Of a stretch of DNA of 64,000 nt, positions 9,167 through 18,776 are shown piece by piece. Positions within the stretch are counted from its first letter, which is position 1; each line of letters opens with the position of its first letter. A program made the position numbers and the translations under genes. Location: the NCBI GenBank assembly GCA_000002435.2, contig CM018792.1; one strand, given 5' to 3'. The notes under the pieces are model-generated. The model was given only the letters and a program-made list of their open reading frames with translations. It was not told the origin of the DNA and did not search any database. The DNA is from Giardia intestinalis. Taxonomy: Eukaryota.

Positions 9167-11098
9167 GTGCAGGGCCGGGGCGTCCCGGTCGACGGCTTCT
9201 GCCGGCCCCCCGGCTCCATCCAGGCCGCGGCAGCCGGGTGCACCAAAGCGGGTGGGGCTGCCCTCGACAAGACGGCAGCCACCTGCGGGAAGTGCGGCGA
9301 CGGGTACTTCCTCTTCATGGGCGGGTGCTACAACAAGGATGCACACCCTGGCAGTGACATATGCACACAGGCTGAGGGAGGACTGTGCACTGAGTGTAAT
9401 ACAAAGAACGGCCTGTTCAAGAACCCGGCTGCAGCACCGAAGCCTGGTAATGAGTGCATTCTGTGCTGGGACACGGTGGGAGATGGCGCGACAAAGGGAG
9501 TAGAGAACTGCGCCACATGTACAGCACCGGGGAATGCAGGAGTAGCTACATGTGATACCTGTCAAGATGGATACTACAAGGACTCTCTGGTATGTATGCA
9601 GTGTGATCAGTCTTGTCTGACCTGCGATGGAAGTGGTCCGAATCAGTGCACCTCTTGTAAGGAGGGGAAGTACCTGAAAGGGACTGAGTGTGTAGACAAA
9701 GGTACGTGTAAGACTGACTACTACCCCGATGACACTAGCATGACCTGCGTTGCCTGTAGCACCATACAAGATTGCACAGCATGCACAATGGACCAGTCCA
9801 CGGGGAAGCCAAAGTGCACTAACTGCGGTAGTCAGAAGATCCCCAGGACGACCCTCGACGGGACCTCGACCTGTGTGGAAAATTCTTATGCTGGGTGTCA
9901 AGGCACAGACAAGGAGCTGTTCATGAAGGAGGACCAACCGGAGTGCCTGCTGTGTGGAGATGCTACAACGGGAACAGATCCGAAAGATAAAGGCGTCGCT
10001 AATTGTAGGACATGCACTAAAGCCAGCGCTACTGGAGCCGCACCGGTCTGTGAGACATGCAAGGAAGGATACATTAAGAATGGAAATGGTGCGGGCGCCA
10101 CGTGTGAGGCTTGTCATCAGAACTGTGCCACATGTTCTGAAGCTACGACAGAAAATAAGTGCCTGACCTGCAAAGAGGGGTTCTTCCTGGCCGGCACCGG
10201 CGAAGGAAAGTGCATCTCGTGCGAGAATGGTAATGATAGTGGCTACAGCGGGCTTGCAGGATGCCTCTCTTGCACAGCCCCAGCCGCCCCGGGCCCGGCC
10301 AGCTGCAACCGCTGCAAGATCGGCTACACGCTACAGGGAACAACGTGTGTGAAGACCTGCGAGGATGAGACTGCCTGTGGGGGGACCTCTGGGGCCTGTG
10401 ATGCCATAGTGATCGGTGCCAATGGAAAGGAGCTTCACTACTGTTCCTATTGTGGAGAGGCTAATAAGTATCCTATCAACGGTGTCTGTGTTAGTACTGG
10501 TAATGAAAATGGGAATACTTGTGCTAAAGGTGTATGTACACAGTGCACTACGGGATACTTTATGTACATGGGAGGCTGTTATAAGGTGACAGAGGTGCCG
10601 GGTAAGTCCATGTGCACAAAGGCAGGCGATGGTGTCTGCACAGAGGCGGCAGCCGGGTACTTCATCCCTCCCTCGCCCACCAAGGACAAGCAGTCCGTGT
10701 TGGCATGTAGTAACCCCCTTGGTGTCGAGCTGGCTGGTCAGAAGGCATACGTGGGGGTGGATGGCTGTTCACAGTGTACAGCCCCAACAGCTCCATCTGA
10801 TGCTGGCATGACCCCCGCTGTGTGTACCTCCTGTGACAGTGATAGGAAGCCCAACAAGGATGGCAGTGGGTGTGTGCTGTGCTCTGTGAGTGACTGCAAG
10901 AGCTGTGTGGTGGATGATGTGTGTGGGGAGTGTGTTGATGGATACAGTCTAGACAATGGTAAGTGTGTGTCTATGAGCACCAACAGGAGCGGGCTCAGCA
11001 CTGGTGCCATAGCAGGGATCTCCGTGGCTGTGGTCGTCGTCGTGGGGGGCCTCGTGGGCTTCCTCTGCTGGTGGTTCCTGTGTAGGGGGAAGGCGTGA
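9167..11098 (+). CDS. variant-specific surface protein (VSP); 5' end appears disrupted, so possibly a pseudogene
   Basis: Many CxxC motifs, two GGCY motifs (FLFMGGCY, YFMYMGGCY), a C-terminal TM helix (IAGISVAVVVVVGGLVGFLCWWFL) and the invariant CRGKA* tail. AGTGAAC follows 8 nt after the stop. The codon at 9167 is GTG, not ATG. A signal-peptide-like segment (SLLIPLFVVSALAVTYQTGKCE...) lies upstream at ~9072-9165 in another frame with no ATG. Confidence 0.75.
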   Translation: MQGRGVPVDGFCRPPGSIQAAAAGCTKAGGAALDKTAATCGKCGDGYFLFMGGCYNKDAHPGSDICTQAEGGLCTECNTKNGLFKNPAAAPKPGNECILCWDTVGDGATKGVENCATCTAPGNAGVATCDTCQDGYYKDSLVCMQCDQSCLTCDGSGPNQCTSCKEGKYLKGTECVDKGTCKTDYYPDDTSMTCVACSTIQDCTACTMDQSTGKPKCTNCGSQKIPRTTLDGTSTCVENSYAGCQGTDKELFMKEDQPECLLCGDATTGTDPKDKGVANCRTCTKASATGAAPVCETCKEGYIKNGNGAGATCEACHQNCATCSEATTENKCLTCKEGFFLAGTGEGKCISCENGNDSGYSGLAGCLSCTAPAAPGPASCNRCKIGYTLQGTTCVKTCEDETACGGTSGACDAIVIGANGKELHYCSYCGEANKYPINGVCVSTGNENGNTCAKGVCTQCTTGYFMYMGGCYKVTEVPGKSMCTKAGDGVCTEAAAGYFIPPSPTKDKQSVLACSNPLGVELAGQKAYVGVDGCSQCTAPTAPSDAGMTPAVCTSCDSDRKPNKDGSGCVLCSVSDCKSCVVDDVCGECVDGYSLDNGKCVSMSTNRSGLSTGAIAGISVAVVVVVGGLVGFLCWWFLCRGKA

Positions 11099-11105
11099 CT
11101 CAGGT

Positions 11106-11112
11106 AGTGAAC
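11106..11112 (+). promoter_or_regulatory. polyadenylation signal AGTGAAC (AGTRAAY consensus) 8 nt downstream of the VSP stop codon
   Basis: tga(11096-11098)ctcaggtAGTGAACgctc. This is the characteristic Giardia poly(A) signal just after a stop. Confidence 0.6.
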
Positions 11113-11310
11113 GCTCCGTTGGTTGTTAGTGCTCAGTGAGTGTTTGCTGTCCATCCACCCGGCGTTGCTGCGTGTAGCGAGCCGTGCTGTGGTAAAGCTT
11201 TCCGCGCCTTCTCGGAGTCAGCGGGTCTCATCTTAGTCCGTATCTATAGAGATAGCGAATAGATCTCCATTAGGAAACAACTCTTCTTTTCTCCAAAATA
11301 TATTCTCCAG

Positions 11311-13743
11311 ATGAGCAGAGCTTGGTTTGCAGCAGCTCACTCTGGAGATGTTTGCACACTTAGAAGCCTCATGGACACCTACATTAGGAGCAGAGATGAG
11401 AACGGAGAGACAGCGCTGTTAATAGCCATACGGGCAGGCCATTTGAATGCCATCCAGCTTCTGGCAGTACACGAACTTACAACAAAAAGTCTGGCGGGAG
11501 TATCACCTCTAGTTGCCAGCGTACATCAGCGACGAATGGATATGGTCCATATCTTGATACGTAATCCTCAGCTGCTAACAGTGCAAGACATGGATGAGGC
11601 GATTGCTGCAGCGCACCAGGAAGGCGCCTTTGAAGATATTCTGGTCCATACGCGTCGCATAGTGGCAATATTAAACGACGCGTCAAGTCTCTTGAGTACG
11701 CGAAGCCCAACAGCAACATCTTTAAACGGCAGCAAAGCAGGGTTCGAGGCCCAAGGACTTGGTGGGACCATGCATACTAATATGAATACGCTCTTCGGCA
11801 TCGGTCTAGACACCCCCCAATTTGATTTTGGAAAATCTAATAACCTCAAGCAATCTGATATTAATGAACCTAGTTCCTCTCTAAGAACTGCTGAAACAGT
11901 CAATGTAACTGGTGAAAGCGTTAACAACTGCTTAGATTTAGTATCCGGGGTCCCGCTGGACCTACAGGATATTGAGCTACCTGACATGTTGGACGCATCA
12001 CTTGCTCGAGAAGATCAAGTCCAAGAGGAGACCTCTACCTCTGAGCAAAATATTGATCTTGCAGAGTCATTACAAAATTCATCTAACACAAATTTGAATT
12101 CTCAACAGAGTCCCAGGCAAGACACTCCAACGAATTTGTCAAATATAGAGTTGGCAGAAAAGATTGAGGATCTAGACTTTTCTGATGATAAGGACCAAGG
12201 TCTTACAGTGCTCGACGTGGTAGATAGCTTTCAGGGCTCTGTTCAGTCTTCGTCTGTTTGCAAACAAACCCCTCTTCCAGAGAATAGTAGGTTTCTCAAC
12301 ATCACTCCGTGTGCCAGAACAGCAAATGGCAGCGAGATTCAGTCGACAGAGGCCCCTGCTATGTCTATTCGGGACTTTAGCCCCCGTTTTAGAAAGAATC
12401 CAGATGCCTTCCAACTACTCTCTGGAAAGGGCTCAACAAAGCTAAAGAATATGCTCCACACTCCAGCTCCAATGTGCACGACGTTGAGCCATGACTCCGG
12501 CGATAGTGCACACTGTCCCTGCTGTATTCAATATGTAGAGCAAATTTCTACTATGCAAACACTTATAGCTAATCTAGAAACGCGTATATCTGGGCTATAC
12601 GGAAAGATAAAGGAAACCACCGCGGATCGTGACAAGTGGAAAGAGCACGCCGAACGTGCCACCGAAGAAATCAGAGCGAAGAAGCAATACATTCATACAT
12701 TAGAAGAACGGATTGCCAAAATGGTCACTGAGTTGTCGAGAGATGCTCAGAAGCAATGTTCTGGCATGGACCCAAATAAGAACACGGACCTAATCAATAA
12801 CGCTATTATTGGGAATTTACACGGTGTATATGCATATATAAGCCAAGTAGGTCATGTGAATGCGTGCGGGCAAACAGCCCTCATGCTGGCCGCAAAGAAT
12901 AATCACCCAGAGGTAGTTGCAGTTCTAGCTCCCCTGGAGGCGAAAAGGTATTGTTGTCACGGGAAGACGGCCTTAATGTATGCATCTGAGGCCAATTCTG
13001 TTGAATGTGTTGAGATTTTACTGGACCTTGAAAAGTGCATGGCATCCCCAAGCACAGACTTGCTGGAATCGGCTTATGATTATGGAGAAGCTGCTTCTGT
13101 TTCTGGTCGTACAGCCCTTATGATAGCAGCAAAGGTTGATGCGATTCAGGTGGCAAAGCTTCTTGTGGAAGATGAAGCGGGGATGCAGATGACCAACGGC
13201 GTGACTGCTCTTATGATTGCTATCTCTAAAGGGCACGAGCAAATTGCACATATGTTGCTACTAAAAGAGAGTGGGCTAGAGACCAAAGAGGGGGACTTTG
13301 CCCTCAGACGTGCAGTGCACAAGAGGATGCGGGGAGTGATCAGCACCCTTATGTACGCAGAGGAGCGGCTGATGAACAGCGTGGGGTGGACACCAATGAT
13401 GATTTACACTATGCTTAGCGATTTGGACTCAGTCAAACAATATGCAGCGTCTGATTACGGGAAGAAAGACATAAATGGTTGCACTGCCTTGATGATCAGC
13501 GTCCGTCTTCGTTTGACGCCAATAACTAAATTTCTAGCGGCAAAGGAAAGCGGGATCATAGACCTACAAGGCCGCACAGCTTTGATCATCGCCGTTCAAC
13601 TAGAAAACATATCAGCTATCAAGGTGCTTGCACCTTTTGAGCGGAACATTAGATCACTGTCTGGCCTTGCGCCACTAGACTACATACCGCAAAAATCTCA
13701 GAACAAAAAGCGTATTAAAGAGATACTAACCAAAGCCTATTAG
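11311..13743 (+). CDS. ankyrin-repeat protein with a central coiled-coil (protein 21.1-like)
   Basis: ATG verified at 11311. N-terminal ankyrin repeats (GETALLIAIRAGHLNAIQLL..). A central acidic/coiled-coil region. A C-terminal block of at least 6 ankyrin repeats (GQTALMLAAKNNHPEVVAVL, GKTALMYASEANSVECVEILL, GRTALMIAAKVDAIQVAKLL, GVTALMIAISKGHEQIAHMLL, GCTALMISV.., GRTALIIAVQ..). Confidence 0.75.
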   Translation: MSRAWFAAAHSGDVCTLRSLMDTYIRSRDENGETALLIAIRAGHLNAIQLLAVHELTTKSLAGVSPLVASVHQRRMDMVHILIRNPQLLTVQDMDEAIAAAHQEGAFEDILVHTRRIVAILNDASSLLSTRSPTATSLNGSKAGFEAQGLGGTMHTNMNTLFGIGLDTPQFDFGKSNNLKQSDINEPSSSLRTAETVNVTGESVNNCLDLVSGVPLDLQDIELPDMLDASLAREDQVQEETSTSEQNIDLAESLQNSSNTNLNSQQSPRQDTPTNLSNIELAEKIEDLDFSDDKDQGLTVLDVVDSFQGSVQSSSVCKQTPLPENSRFLNITPCARTANGSEIQSTEAPAMSIRDFSPRFRKNPDAFQLLSGKGSTKLKNMLHTPAPMCTTLSHDSGDSAHCPCCIQYVEQISTMQTLIANLETRISGLYGKIKETTADRDKWKEHAERATEEIRAKKQYIHTLEERIAKMVTELSRDAQKQCSGMDPNKNTDLINNAIIGNLHGVYAYISQVGHVNACGQTALMLAAKNNHPEVVAVLAPLEAKRYCCHGKTALMYASEANSVECVEILLDLEKCMASPSTDLLESAYDYGEAASVSGRTALMIAAKVDAIQVAKLLVEDEAGMQMTNGVTALMIAISKGHEQIAHMLLLKESGLETKEGDFALRRAVHKRMRGVISTLMYAEERLMNSVGWTPMMIYTMLSDLDSVKQYAASDYGKKDINGCTALMISVRLRLTPITKFLAAKESGIIDLQGRTALIIAVQLENISAIKVLAPFERNIRSLSGLAPLDYIPQKSQNKKRIKEILTKAY

Positions 13744-13855
13744 TAGTATGCTATGGCACTTGCCAACAATCAGATGCTTTAGTTGCAAGAGTATCTTTGG
13801 CACCTCGACCTTTCTGGAAGTCTGAAATTTGTGCTTAAAATTAAAAAATTTGTCT

Positions 13856-14569
13856 ATGCAACTTTCCTACGAAGCGAAGAAGGCGACGAGACTCAACAAC
13901 ATTGCAGCAGAGAAGGCACATGCACAGCGAAGAGCAGATGCGCGGCGAGTTCGTGACACTGACGGGCCACCCGCCGCTTGTCCAACAAAGATTCGCAAGC
14001 TGCCCCCTTCTGATTTTCGCTTATTCTATGATCGAGGCGATCTACCCATTTCTGTTGAGCATACGGCGTCTGGGAATAAAATAATATGGAAGGCAGAGAT
14101 AGAGCAGCTTGACTTCCACCACTACTTACCTATATTTTTTGAAGGCCTTCGTGAAAAGGACCACCCATATGCCTTTCTTGCACGCGAAGGTGTCACAAAT
14201 CTACTAGAGCACGGAGGCTCCAAGGTTCTTCCCGTCATTCCGCAACTGATTCTTCCATTACACGCAGCCTTGGAGACTCGCGACCCCGAGGTCATATGTG
14301 TTGTTCTGAACGTCTTACAGCTACTAGTTATGTGCAACGAATATGCAGGCCCAGCTCTGGTGCCTTATTACCGCCAACTTTTACCAGTGATAAACATCTT
14401 CTTCAATAAGAATATCAATCTCGGAGACAAGATCTATTACGCGCAGCGCAAGCGCCAGAACTTGGGGGACCTAATTCAGGAAACTCTTGAGCTTATGGAG
14501 CGCAAGGGCGGCCCAGATGCCTTTCTAAACATAAAATACATGATACCGTGTTATCAATCCAGCGCATGA
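13856..14569 (+). CDS. PACRG: PACRG (parkin co-regulated gene protein), an axonemal doublet-microtubule inner-junction protein
   Basis: ORF track starts at TTG 13829. The first ATG is at 13856, preceded by cttaaaattaaaaaatttgtct. Near-collinear identity to metazoan PACRG across the whole protein: [106 protein letters not shown]. Confidence 0.85.
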   Translation: MQLSYEAKKATRLNNIAAEKAHAQRRADARRVRDTDGPPAACPTKIRKLPPSDFRLFYDRGDLPISVEHTASGNKIIWKAEIEQLDFHHYLPIFFEGLREKDHPYAFLAREGVTNLLEHGGSKVLPVIPQLILPLHAALETRDPEVICVVLNVLQLLVMCNEYAGPALVPYYRQLLPVINIFFNKNINLGDKIYYAQRKRQNLGDLIQETLELMERKGGPDAFLNIKYMIPCYQSSA

Positions 14570-14579
14570 GCACTACAAT

Positions 14580-15599
14580 TTAAGTGACGCCTTGGTTATC
14601 GGGCGTATTCTGGCTCATTGAGTAAATCGCGTACCGAAGGTTTAGTGACGTTTCCGTGAGGTCACCTAGTGTATTACGGACGCTGCGGAGCATTGTAGGA
14701 GTGACTGCCGGGATCTCTTGGTCCGGTGGGATACTTATTATGTCCGAAATTGTGCTATCGACAGCTGAAAGATTGGCTAAGAGTCTGGTTGTTTCTGATG
14801 CCCGCAAAGTTGACTCCCGAGTCTTATTGGATTGCACAGGCTGAGGAATACCAGCAGAAGCGTGGCAGTTCGTTGCTATTTCATCTGCGTCATGCTTATT
14901 ATGATAGTCTGAAAGCATTTCCAGGGCCACGCTCATATCCTTCGCCAGCCTAGTGGCCGTTGATGCAAGGATGCTACCTCGACGGCGGCTGCTGCCAACC
15001 TCCTCTACAACTGTGCGTTGCTTTTCGCCCAGGTCAGCCGTCAGCGCGTTGTATTGCTGATTTGCGATAAGACATAGTTCGCGATAACCTTCCGTAGCTG
15101 CCCAGATATCCTCTGTGTTCATCTGGGACGGTACCACAGATGTATTTGTGGCCAAAAGCCTCTCTACGACAGAGATAAACCACCGCACAGTCTTTAGGAG
15201 ATTCGTATGAGGGCATGTATCTAATACTACACGCCCAGTGCTATCTGTAAGGTGGAAGGGCAGGGATTGCTGAGGGCAGACGAGCTGAAAGTGGCGTCTG
15301 GGATCAGCCAGAGATGAAAATATGACAGTGAGTGCCAACTGATGCACCTGCGTTCCAATATAATAGTCTACCGAGCCAATTAGCCCGATGACTGTCTGTT
15401 TTGCTGCTCTTCTAGGAAGCTGAAGGCCGAGAAGCTTTGGTACAAATGTCGGGAACTCCGAGAGAAGGCCAAGAGCCTCCTGCAGCACATTGCTCACATC
15501 AATAGGTGAGTCTGCTCCCTGTGCAAGGTAGCGGATCTGTTTGGTAACCTCCTCATCTTGGCCCTTCAGTCCTTTTGCGTGTGACGCTGCATTGTGCAT
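14580..15599 (-). CDS. hypothetical protein (339 aa)
   Basis: ATG verified (cat 15597-15599). Its stop is 10 bp from the PACRG stop (convergent). No recognisable domain. Confidence 0.45.
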   Translation of the reverse strand: MHNAASHAKGLKGQDEEVTKQIRYLAQGADSPIDVSNVLQEALGLLSEFPTFVPKLLGLQLPRRAAKQTVIGLIGSVDYYIGTQVHQLALTVIFSSLADPRRHFQLVCPQQSLPFHLTDSTGRVVLDTCPHTNLLKTVRWFISVVERLLATNTSVVPSQMNTEDIWAATEGYRELCLIANQQYNALTADLGEKQRTVVEEVGSSRRRGSILASTATRLAKDMSVALEMLSDYHNKHDADEIATNCHASAGIPQPVQSNKTRESTLRASETTRLLANLSAVDSTISDIISIPPDQEIPAVTPTMLRSVRNTLGDLTETSLNLRYAIYSMSQNTPDNQGVT

Positions 15600-15656
15600 G
15601 CACTGATCTATATTTCATTTCCAAAAGGCATATTAAATACCATGTTGTGGTAAAAG

Positions 15657-17099
15657 ATGAGCAGCAGTGTAGCAGCAGACACCTTTGCAATGCTCGCGTC
15701 TGGGACCCTTTCTTCGAGTGTTAGTAGTCTGCTCACGAAGATTTCAAGCCACGTTAAAGACATATCACTGTCTTCAGTTCTTCAACACCTGCAGAAAGGC
15801 TTTCCGCAGATTCTTGATCTGTCCGCCGCTAAGTCAGATATGTCTGAGAAGAAGGTCCCAGCGCCAGGATCCCCTCTTCCAAAGATTTTGGGCACCCCCT
15901 CCAAACGCTCTGCAGCCATATCGTCTCAGAGGGCAGAGCTCGGGGAAGCTGAACAGGACCATCTTACAAATGCTATGCTGGCGTCTTTCTTTACACTGTA
16001 CAAGTACCCTGCATCTCCTGAAGTCACAGCCATCAAGCGAGCTCTCTCTACAATGGACACACTTGCATTTCTCACTAAAGCGTCTGCCGACTCATGTAGC
16101 GTGTTCTTACTAGCGCAAGTGATTCATTTGGTGCTTATGGATGTAATTGCTATCTACACAACCAAGGCGGCCACTGTCTCTTCAGAAAATAATCATCATA
16201 ATAAGTTACAGCTGGACACTGAGTACGAAGCCATCGAGCGAGGGATTGTTTCCAGCCTTCGCAGCTTTTCCTCTAAGAACAATCACGATGAAATTGTTAT
16301 TGTCCTCCTCAATGCTCTTCTGAGGCTACAGCTTTTGACGTCCAATTATTTATCTGCCTATAGATCGATTTTGAACTATCGAGTGATAGTATTCAGCATC
16401 TCACATCCACAGCTCATACGCTTTTATTTTTATTCTTCTCTAACCGTAGCTATAATTGGCCAGCATGCTCGAGCACTAAAACTAATTTCTAATGCCAACC
16501 AGTTGTTTGCAGATTATTCGCCCACAATGTCCATGAAGACGCAGCTTTCTGTTGATTTGGCCGCGTTCACAACTCTTTTCAAAACGCTCACATGCACAGA
16601 TTCAAGTGCACCACAGTCTTCTGCAAACGATTGCTGTGAAGCGATGCTGTGCAAAGTCTCGTTTCCAGACATATATAGAGTTCTCCTGTTCAAGCGCATG
16701 GCGCGCATAAAGACACAACTAGCATATATAGCCAAAATATTCAAACGAATAAGCCTGAGTGAGGTTTGTCGTCGAATAAATGCTTCTGAAGGCGAAGCTA
16801 AGGACTATCTCATATCGGGCGCGATGGAAAAGGCATTCAACGTTAGATTTGACGAGGACGAAGACGGAAATTGCATCGTGACTATTATCCAGCGCCAGGA
16901 GCAGTTACTATCTAGCAAGGCCAACTTCCGTACAGAGGCTCTCCAGCTGGTCGATAGGCTCAGCTTTATAAGAAGTAGTCTGACTCAGCAGGACGTTTTG
17001 CTATCGCGGCACGATGAAAAGCGTGACCAGGATAATAATACAGAAACATACCTGGACATGTTGGACCTTATGGACGCTGGCTTTAGTGACACTGATTAA
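15657..17099 (+). CDS. PCI-domain protein (26S proteasome lid / eIF3 / CSN-type subunit), identity tentative
   Basis: ATG verified at 15657, preceded by ggtaaaag. A helical-repeat body is followed by a winged-helix-like segment ...RISLSEVCRRINASEGEAKDYLISGAMEKAFNVRFDEDEDGNCIVTI.., matching the PCI WH pattern (I..E.A..L....EAE..L...I.DG.I.A.ID...G.V). Confidence 0.4.
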   Translation: MSSSVAADTFAMLASGTLSSSVSSLLTKISSHVKDISLSSVLQHLQKGFPQILDLSAAKSDMSEKKVPAPGSPLPKILGTPSKRSAAISSQRAELGEAEQDHLTNAMLASFFTLYKYPASPEVTAIKRALSTMDTLAFLTKASADSCSVFLLAQVIHLVLMDVIAIYTTKAATVSSENNHHNKLQLDTEYEAIERGIVSSLRSFSSKNNHDEIVIVLLNALLRLQLLTSNYLSAYRSILNYRVIVFSISHPQLIRFYFYSSLTVAIIGQHARALKLISNANQLFADYSPTMSMKTQLSVDLAAFTTLFKTLTCTDSSAPQSSANDCCEAMLCKVSFPDIYRVLLFKRMARIKTQLAYIAKIFKRISLSEVCRRINASEGEAKDYLISGAMEKAFNVRFDEDEDGNCIVTIIQRQEQLLSSKANFRTEALQLVDRLSFIRSSLTQQDVLLSRHDEKRDQDNNTETYLDMLDLMDAGFSDTD

Positions 17100-17216
17100 G
17101 CAGGTAATCTACCAAGACGAATGAACAATCTATTTGCCACATGTCTACTAGGCAAAGGAATACAGCACCCAGATGCAAGGTACTACATGTAAATCATCCT
17201 CGTCAATTACATTTAA

Positions 17217-18704
17217 ATGAACTCCGACACGGACCCAGGCCAGACTGTTTTAGACACGCTGAGGCACAAGTCACTCCTCCACGAGCAGGACAGAGGAGCA
17301 ATGAACTGGCTTCCACGGGATATGCATTTAACTGAGAAGACCTCTGGTTCTCGGTCACGGAGTAAGAGTTGGAAAAGGGGTTCACGGGTTCCGGAGCAAG
17401 AACAACGTCAGCGAGAAGATGAGGATAGCTCCGAAGCCGAAAACTTGGTCATTGGAGAGGCTCTTAAAGCTGAAAAGCGCGCCCATGGTTTTGGACAGGC
17501 AGATGCGTTGGATCCGGCACTTCTGGAGCTTGCCCAACAGCAAGCACACGAACTGACAGCAAAGGATTCCGGAAAAGCTGTCAACTTTAAGCTTCAGCAG
17601 GATCTTCCCGTCTTCGCTGAACTTCTTACATCAAAGTACAATGAGTTGCATGGAATAGACAATGCCTCCTCTCGTTCTAGACATTCTAGATTACTAGCCA
17701 GACACTCATCAATCTCTGCGTATAAGTGCATGCTAGCCATGCTTATTTCATACATCTTATTCATCTTTGCCCACGCATCGAGTGGGTTGTCGATCCGGCA
17801 CCCAGTGTTTTTGCGGATCACCGAATTAAAGAAGCAACTGGATGCGATGCAGCCGGAGGTGCACAGTATTCTGCAGCGAGCGCAAGTCCAGCCTAGGATG
17901 CGGTCTACTAGAGTCACAGACACTCCCGAGTCCTCTGGGAATGATACTGAGACCGATGGAATCAAGACTGTGGGGGCTCGTGAGCGCAGTTCTGCAACTA
18001 ATGAAGATTCTGCTTCTACTTCAATGGAGGACCTGGTGGTCTTCGGGTCGGACGAGTCTGACGCTTCGAGTGCATATGAGCTAGAAGACCTTGCAGCCGG
18101 TGGCAGACCTGTCAATAGACATAGTAAGCCAGGCATAAGTGTTCTTGACAACTTGGGCTTGGAGTTGGACCTGTCCGCTCAATCGCACCCCATATCAGGA
18201 GACAGGAGCGTGAGCGCCTATGAGCAGCGAGTTCAGCGGTCAGCCGAGCGTCGTGAAGCTCAGCGTCTAAAAGCTATCCAGGCTGCAGAGAACCGTAAGC
18301 TTAAGAAGCCGAAAGAGCAAGCTGGTGTCGATATCCGGTCTAAACAACTAGCTGATGCAATATTACAAAAGGAGGAAGCGACGAAAGAGATACGAAAGGC
18401 CATAGCTCAGAATCAGAAGGGGTATGAGCCAACATACTACGATCCTACACAGGATAAGATTGACCCTACAGATAGGGTCGGCTACCGGCCTGTGTCTATT
18501 AACATGAAGAAAGGCCAAGGAGATCTAAAGCGCCATAAGAGCAAACATGCCTCCACTAGCAGGACTCTTCTTCGGTACAAATATGAAAAGGCGGTGGAGA
18601 TCAACAAACGGACAGCAGTGCCAACCAGGGAGCAAAATGGTGCATATACAGGCGAAAGTAAGGGAATTCGCACAAATGTCACCCATTCCCGCAAGCTGAG
18701 CTAA
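17217..18704 (+). CDS. hypothetical charged, Ser/Arg/Glu-rich protein (495 aa)
   Basis: ATG verified at 17217 (acatttaaATG). Low-complexity acidic/basic stretches. No recognisable motif. Confidence 0.45.
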   Translation: MNSDTDPGQTVLDTLRHKSLLHEQDRGAMNWLPRDMHLTEKTSGSRSRSKSWKRGSRVPEQEQRQREDEDSSEAENLVIGEALKAEKRAHGFGQADALDPALLELAQQQAHELTAKDSGKAVNFKLQQDLPVFAELLTSKYNELHGIDNASSRSRHSRLLARHSSISAYKCMLAMLISYILFIFAHASSGLSIRHPVFLRITELKKQLDAMQPEVHSILQRAQVQPRMRSTRVTDTPESSGNDTETDGIKTVGARERSSATNEDSASTSMEDLVVFGSDESDASSAYELEDLAAGGRPVNRHSKPGISVLDNLGLELDLSAQSHPISGDRSVSAYEQRVQRSAERREAQRLKAIQAAENRKLKKPKEQAGVDIRSKQLADAILQKEEATKEIRKAIAQNQKGYEPTYYDPTQDKIDPTDRVGYRPVSINMKKGQGDLKRHKSKHASTSRTLLRYKYEKAVEINKRTAVPTREQNGAYTGESKGIRTNVTHSRKLS

Positions 18705-18776
18705 GTTGTGTAAACCTTATAGCAATGGCCATTACAGATCTTGGCTTACATTCAACCAAAACAAGCTGGCTATAAA

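Noticed and set aside
8550-9503. 317-aa plus-strand ORF spanning the kinase gene (antisense) and the VSP 5' region
   Set aside because: A chimeric open frame. Its first third is antisense to a clearly coding kinase. Only the part at ~9072-9165 is informative, as the displaced VSP leader peptide, which is reported as a finding instead.
9116-10117. 333-aa minus-strand ORF inside the VSP gene
   Set aside because: Antisense to a gene with a strong, family-specific reading frame. GC-rich VSP DNA is open in several frames, so the antisense ORF is expected by chance and has no start context or known motif.
10738-11154. 138-aa minus-strand ORF overlapping the VSP C-terminus and its 3' poly(A) signal
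   Set aside because: Antisense to the VSP TM/CRGKA region, Thr/Pro/His-rich low complexity, with no initiator context.
17594-18151. 185-aa minus-strand ORF inside gene 17217-18704
   Set aside because: Antisense overlap with a longer ORF that has a verified ATG and an A/T initiator. Likely spurious.
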